A stretch of 5,077 bases of DNA from a virus. The position numbers were made by a program, and so were the translations under genes. Location: IMG/VR virus record IMGVR_UViG_3300029843_000124, positions 1 through 5,077 of that record. One strand, given 5' to 3'. The notes under the pieces were generated by a model that did not search any database, was not told the origin of the DNA, and saw nothing but the letters and a program-made list of their open reading frames with translations. The first letter of the stretch is position 1. The number at the start of each line of letters is the position of its first letter. Positions 4,551 through 5,077 of the stretch are shown in pieces.

Positions 4551-4678
4551 GTTTTCTTGATTTCTTCAAATCAGTTTTTGGCCTTTTCGGTTCTGGTGGC
4601 GCTCTCGTTATTGCCGTTGTCGTTTTTCTTGTCGGTCTTGGTATTTATAAGTTCGTTAAGGATTGGTTGCCATGGTAG
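4547..4678 (+). CDS. 43-aa single-TM protein; second coat-protein-like / minor virion protein candidate
   Basis: The ATG overlaps the upstream stop (ATGA at 4547..4550). SD GAAAGGCGG is at 4531..4539. Hand translation gives MSFLDFFKSVFGLFGSGGALVIAVVVFLVGLGIYKFVKDWLPW, with stop TAG at 4676..4678. It is below the ORF-track cutoff. Confidence 0.6.
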   Translation: MSFLDFFKSVFGLFGSGGALVIAVVVFLVGLGIYKFVKDWLPW

Positions 4679-4839
4679 ACTTTGTTTCGGCTCTTGGTGT
4701 TTTTACGTCGTTTATTGCTAATGTTCTTTCTATTTCCTTTTTTGGCTTTGGTACTTTTGGCAATTTTATTTTGGTTTGTCTTCTGCTTTCGCTTGTTGGC
4801 TTTGTTCTCCGTGGCCTTTGGGATGGAGGTGATAAATAA
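4672..4839 (+). CDS. 55-aa predicted two-TM-segment protein; pVI-like minor virion/assembly protein candidate
   Basis: ATG 4672 overlaps the previous stop (ATGGTAG). SD AAGGA is at 4658..4662, 9 nt upstream. Hand translation gives MVDFVSALGVFTSFIANVLSISFFGFGTFGNFILVCLLLSLVGFVLRGLWDGGDK. Stop TAA at 4837..4839 overlaps the next ATG. Confidence 0.6.
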   Translation: MVDFVSALGVFTSFIANVLSISFFGFGTFGNFILVCLLLSLVGFVLRGLWDGGDK

Positions 4840-5077
4840 TGGAAATTCCTACTATTATTAAAACTTGGGTTGATACTGACGGCGTTACTGTCTATACAGT
4901 GCAGTATAAAGACGGTAGTACCTGTGACATGACAGTCCAGCAGTACGATTATCTTAAGGCATCCGCCGACGCTGTTGCTAAGCTCGATTCTCAGCAGGAT
5001 TTACAAGAAGGTTCTTCTCCTGAAGGTCTTTTTTCTGTTGAACCTGCACAAAACATTTCTGAAAGTCCCGACCTTCG
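4839..5077 (+). CDS. 5' part of a junction-spanning ORF (204 aa in the circle: 4839..4978 joined to 1..475); hypothetical tail-anchored acidic protein
   Basis: ATG at 4839 overlaps the upstream stop (TAATG). A perfect SD GGAGGTGA lies at 4825..4832, 6 nt upstream. I translated the frame by hand with no stops to the window end, and it continues in phase at position 2. N-terminus is MEIPTIIKTWVDTDGVTVYTVQYKDGSTCDMTVQQYDYLKASADAVAKLDSQQDLQEGSS... Confidence 0.75.
   Translation, partial: MEIPTIIKTWVDTDGVTVYTVQYKDGSTCDMTVQQYDYLKASADAVAKLDSQQDLQEGSSPEGLFSVEPAQNISESPDL
4979..5077. repeat. Terminal direct repeat, copy 2 (identical to 1..99)
   Basis: Same 99 nt as 1..99. The repeat ends exactly at the window edges, which is typical of a circular contig reported with k-mer overlap. 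Confidence 0.95.

Larger units (their letters stand above)
1..4978 (+). mobile_element. One full unit of a circular inovirus-like (filamentous ssDNA phage) genome, unit length 4978 nt
   Basis: The 99-nt terminal redundancy (1..99 = 4979..5077) is bridged by an intact ORF. All genes lie on one strand. The gene set is Rep_trans-type initiator, gene-V-like SSB, pIII-like secreted anchored protein, several 37-55 aa hydrophobic ORFs and a Zot/pI-family ATPase. A single structured GC-rich intergenic region is present. The coding strand is T-rich, as in Ff-type phages. Confidence 0.8.

Noticed and set aside
1-4978. Microviridae-type genome (similar size, circular ssDNA)
   Set aside because: No ORF is large enough or of the right character for a major capsid protein (VP1/F) or a pilot protein. 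Instead the genome has a Zot-family ATPase, a gVp-like SSB and small hydrophobic coat-like proteins, which mark filamentous phages.

Overview
This window appears to be one complete, circularly permuted genome of a very small filamentous (inovirus-like, Tubulavirales-type) ssDNA phage. Bases 1..99 are identical to 4979..5077, and an ORF reads cleanly through that junction, so the real molecule is a 4,978-nt circle. All credible genes are on the + strand, which is visibly T-rich, especially at third codon positions (TCT, GTT, CTT, GCT, ATT). Most genes are preceded by a GAAAGG-type Shine-Dalgarno. Gene order around the circle: a consensus promoter (1737..1765); a Rep_trans/RstA-like rolling-circle initiator (1797..2930); a gene-V-like ssDNA-binding protein (2949..3191); a complete tRNA-Gln(CUG) with encoded CCA (3251..3324); a 392-aa secreted, Ser-rich, C-terminally anchored pIII-like adsorption protein (3372..4550); then a chain of start/stop-overlapping ORFs, most below the ORF-track cutoff (43 aa, 55 aa, a 204-aa junction-spanning protein, 37 aa); a 42-aa coat-protein-like ORF (687..815) followed by a strong hairpin terminator; a short Zot/pI-family P-loop ATPase (888..1511) and a second strong terminator. 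A GC-rich, hairpin- and repeat-dense intergenic region (1560..1736) is the likely origin or packaging region. The most unusual points are a full tRNA gene in a ~5-kb filamentous phage, a Zot-like ATPase whose membrane anchor is N-terminal rather than after the ATPase domain, and a minimal gene set with no secretin, integrase or regulator. Several signals look Gram-positive. All family assignments rest on motifs I recognise by eye; no database search was possible.
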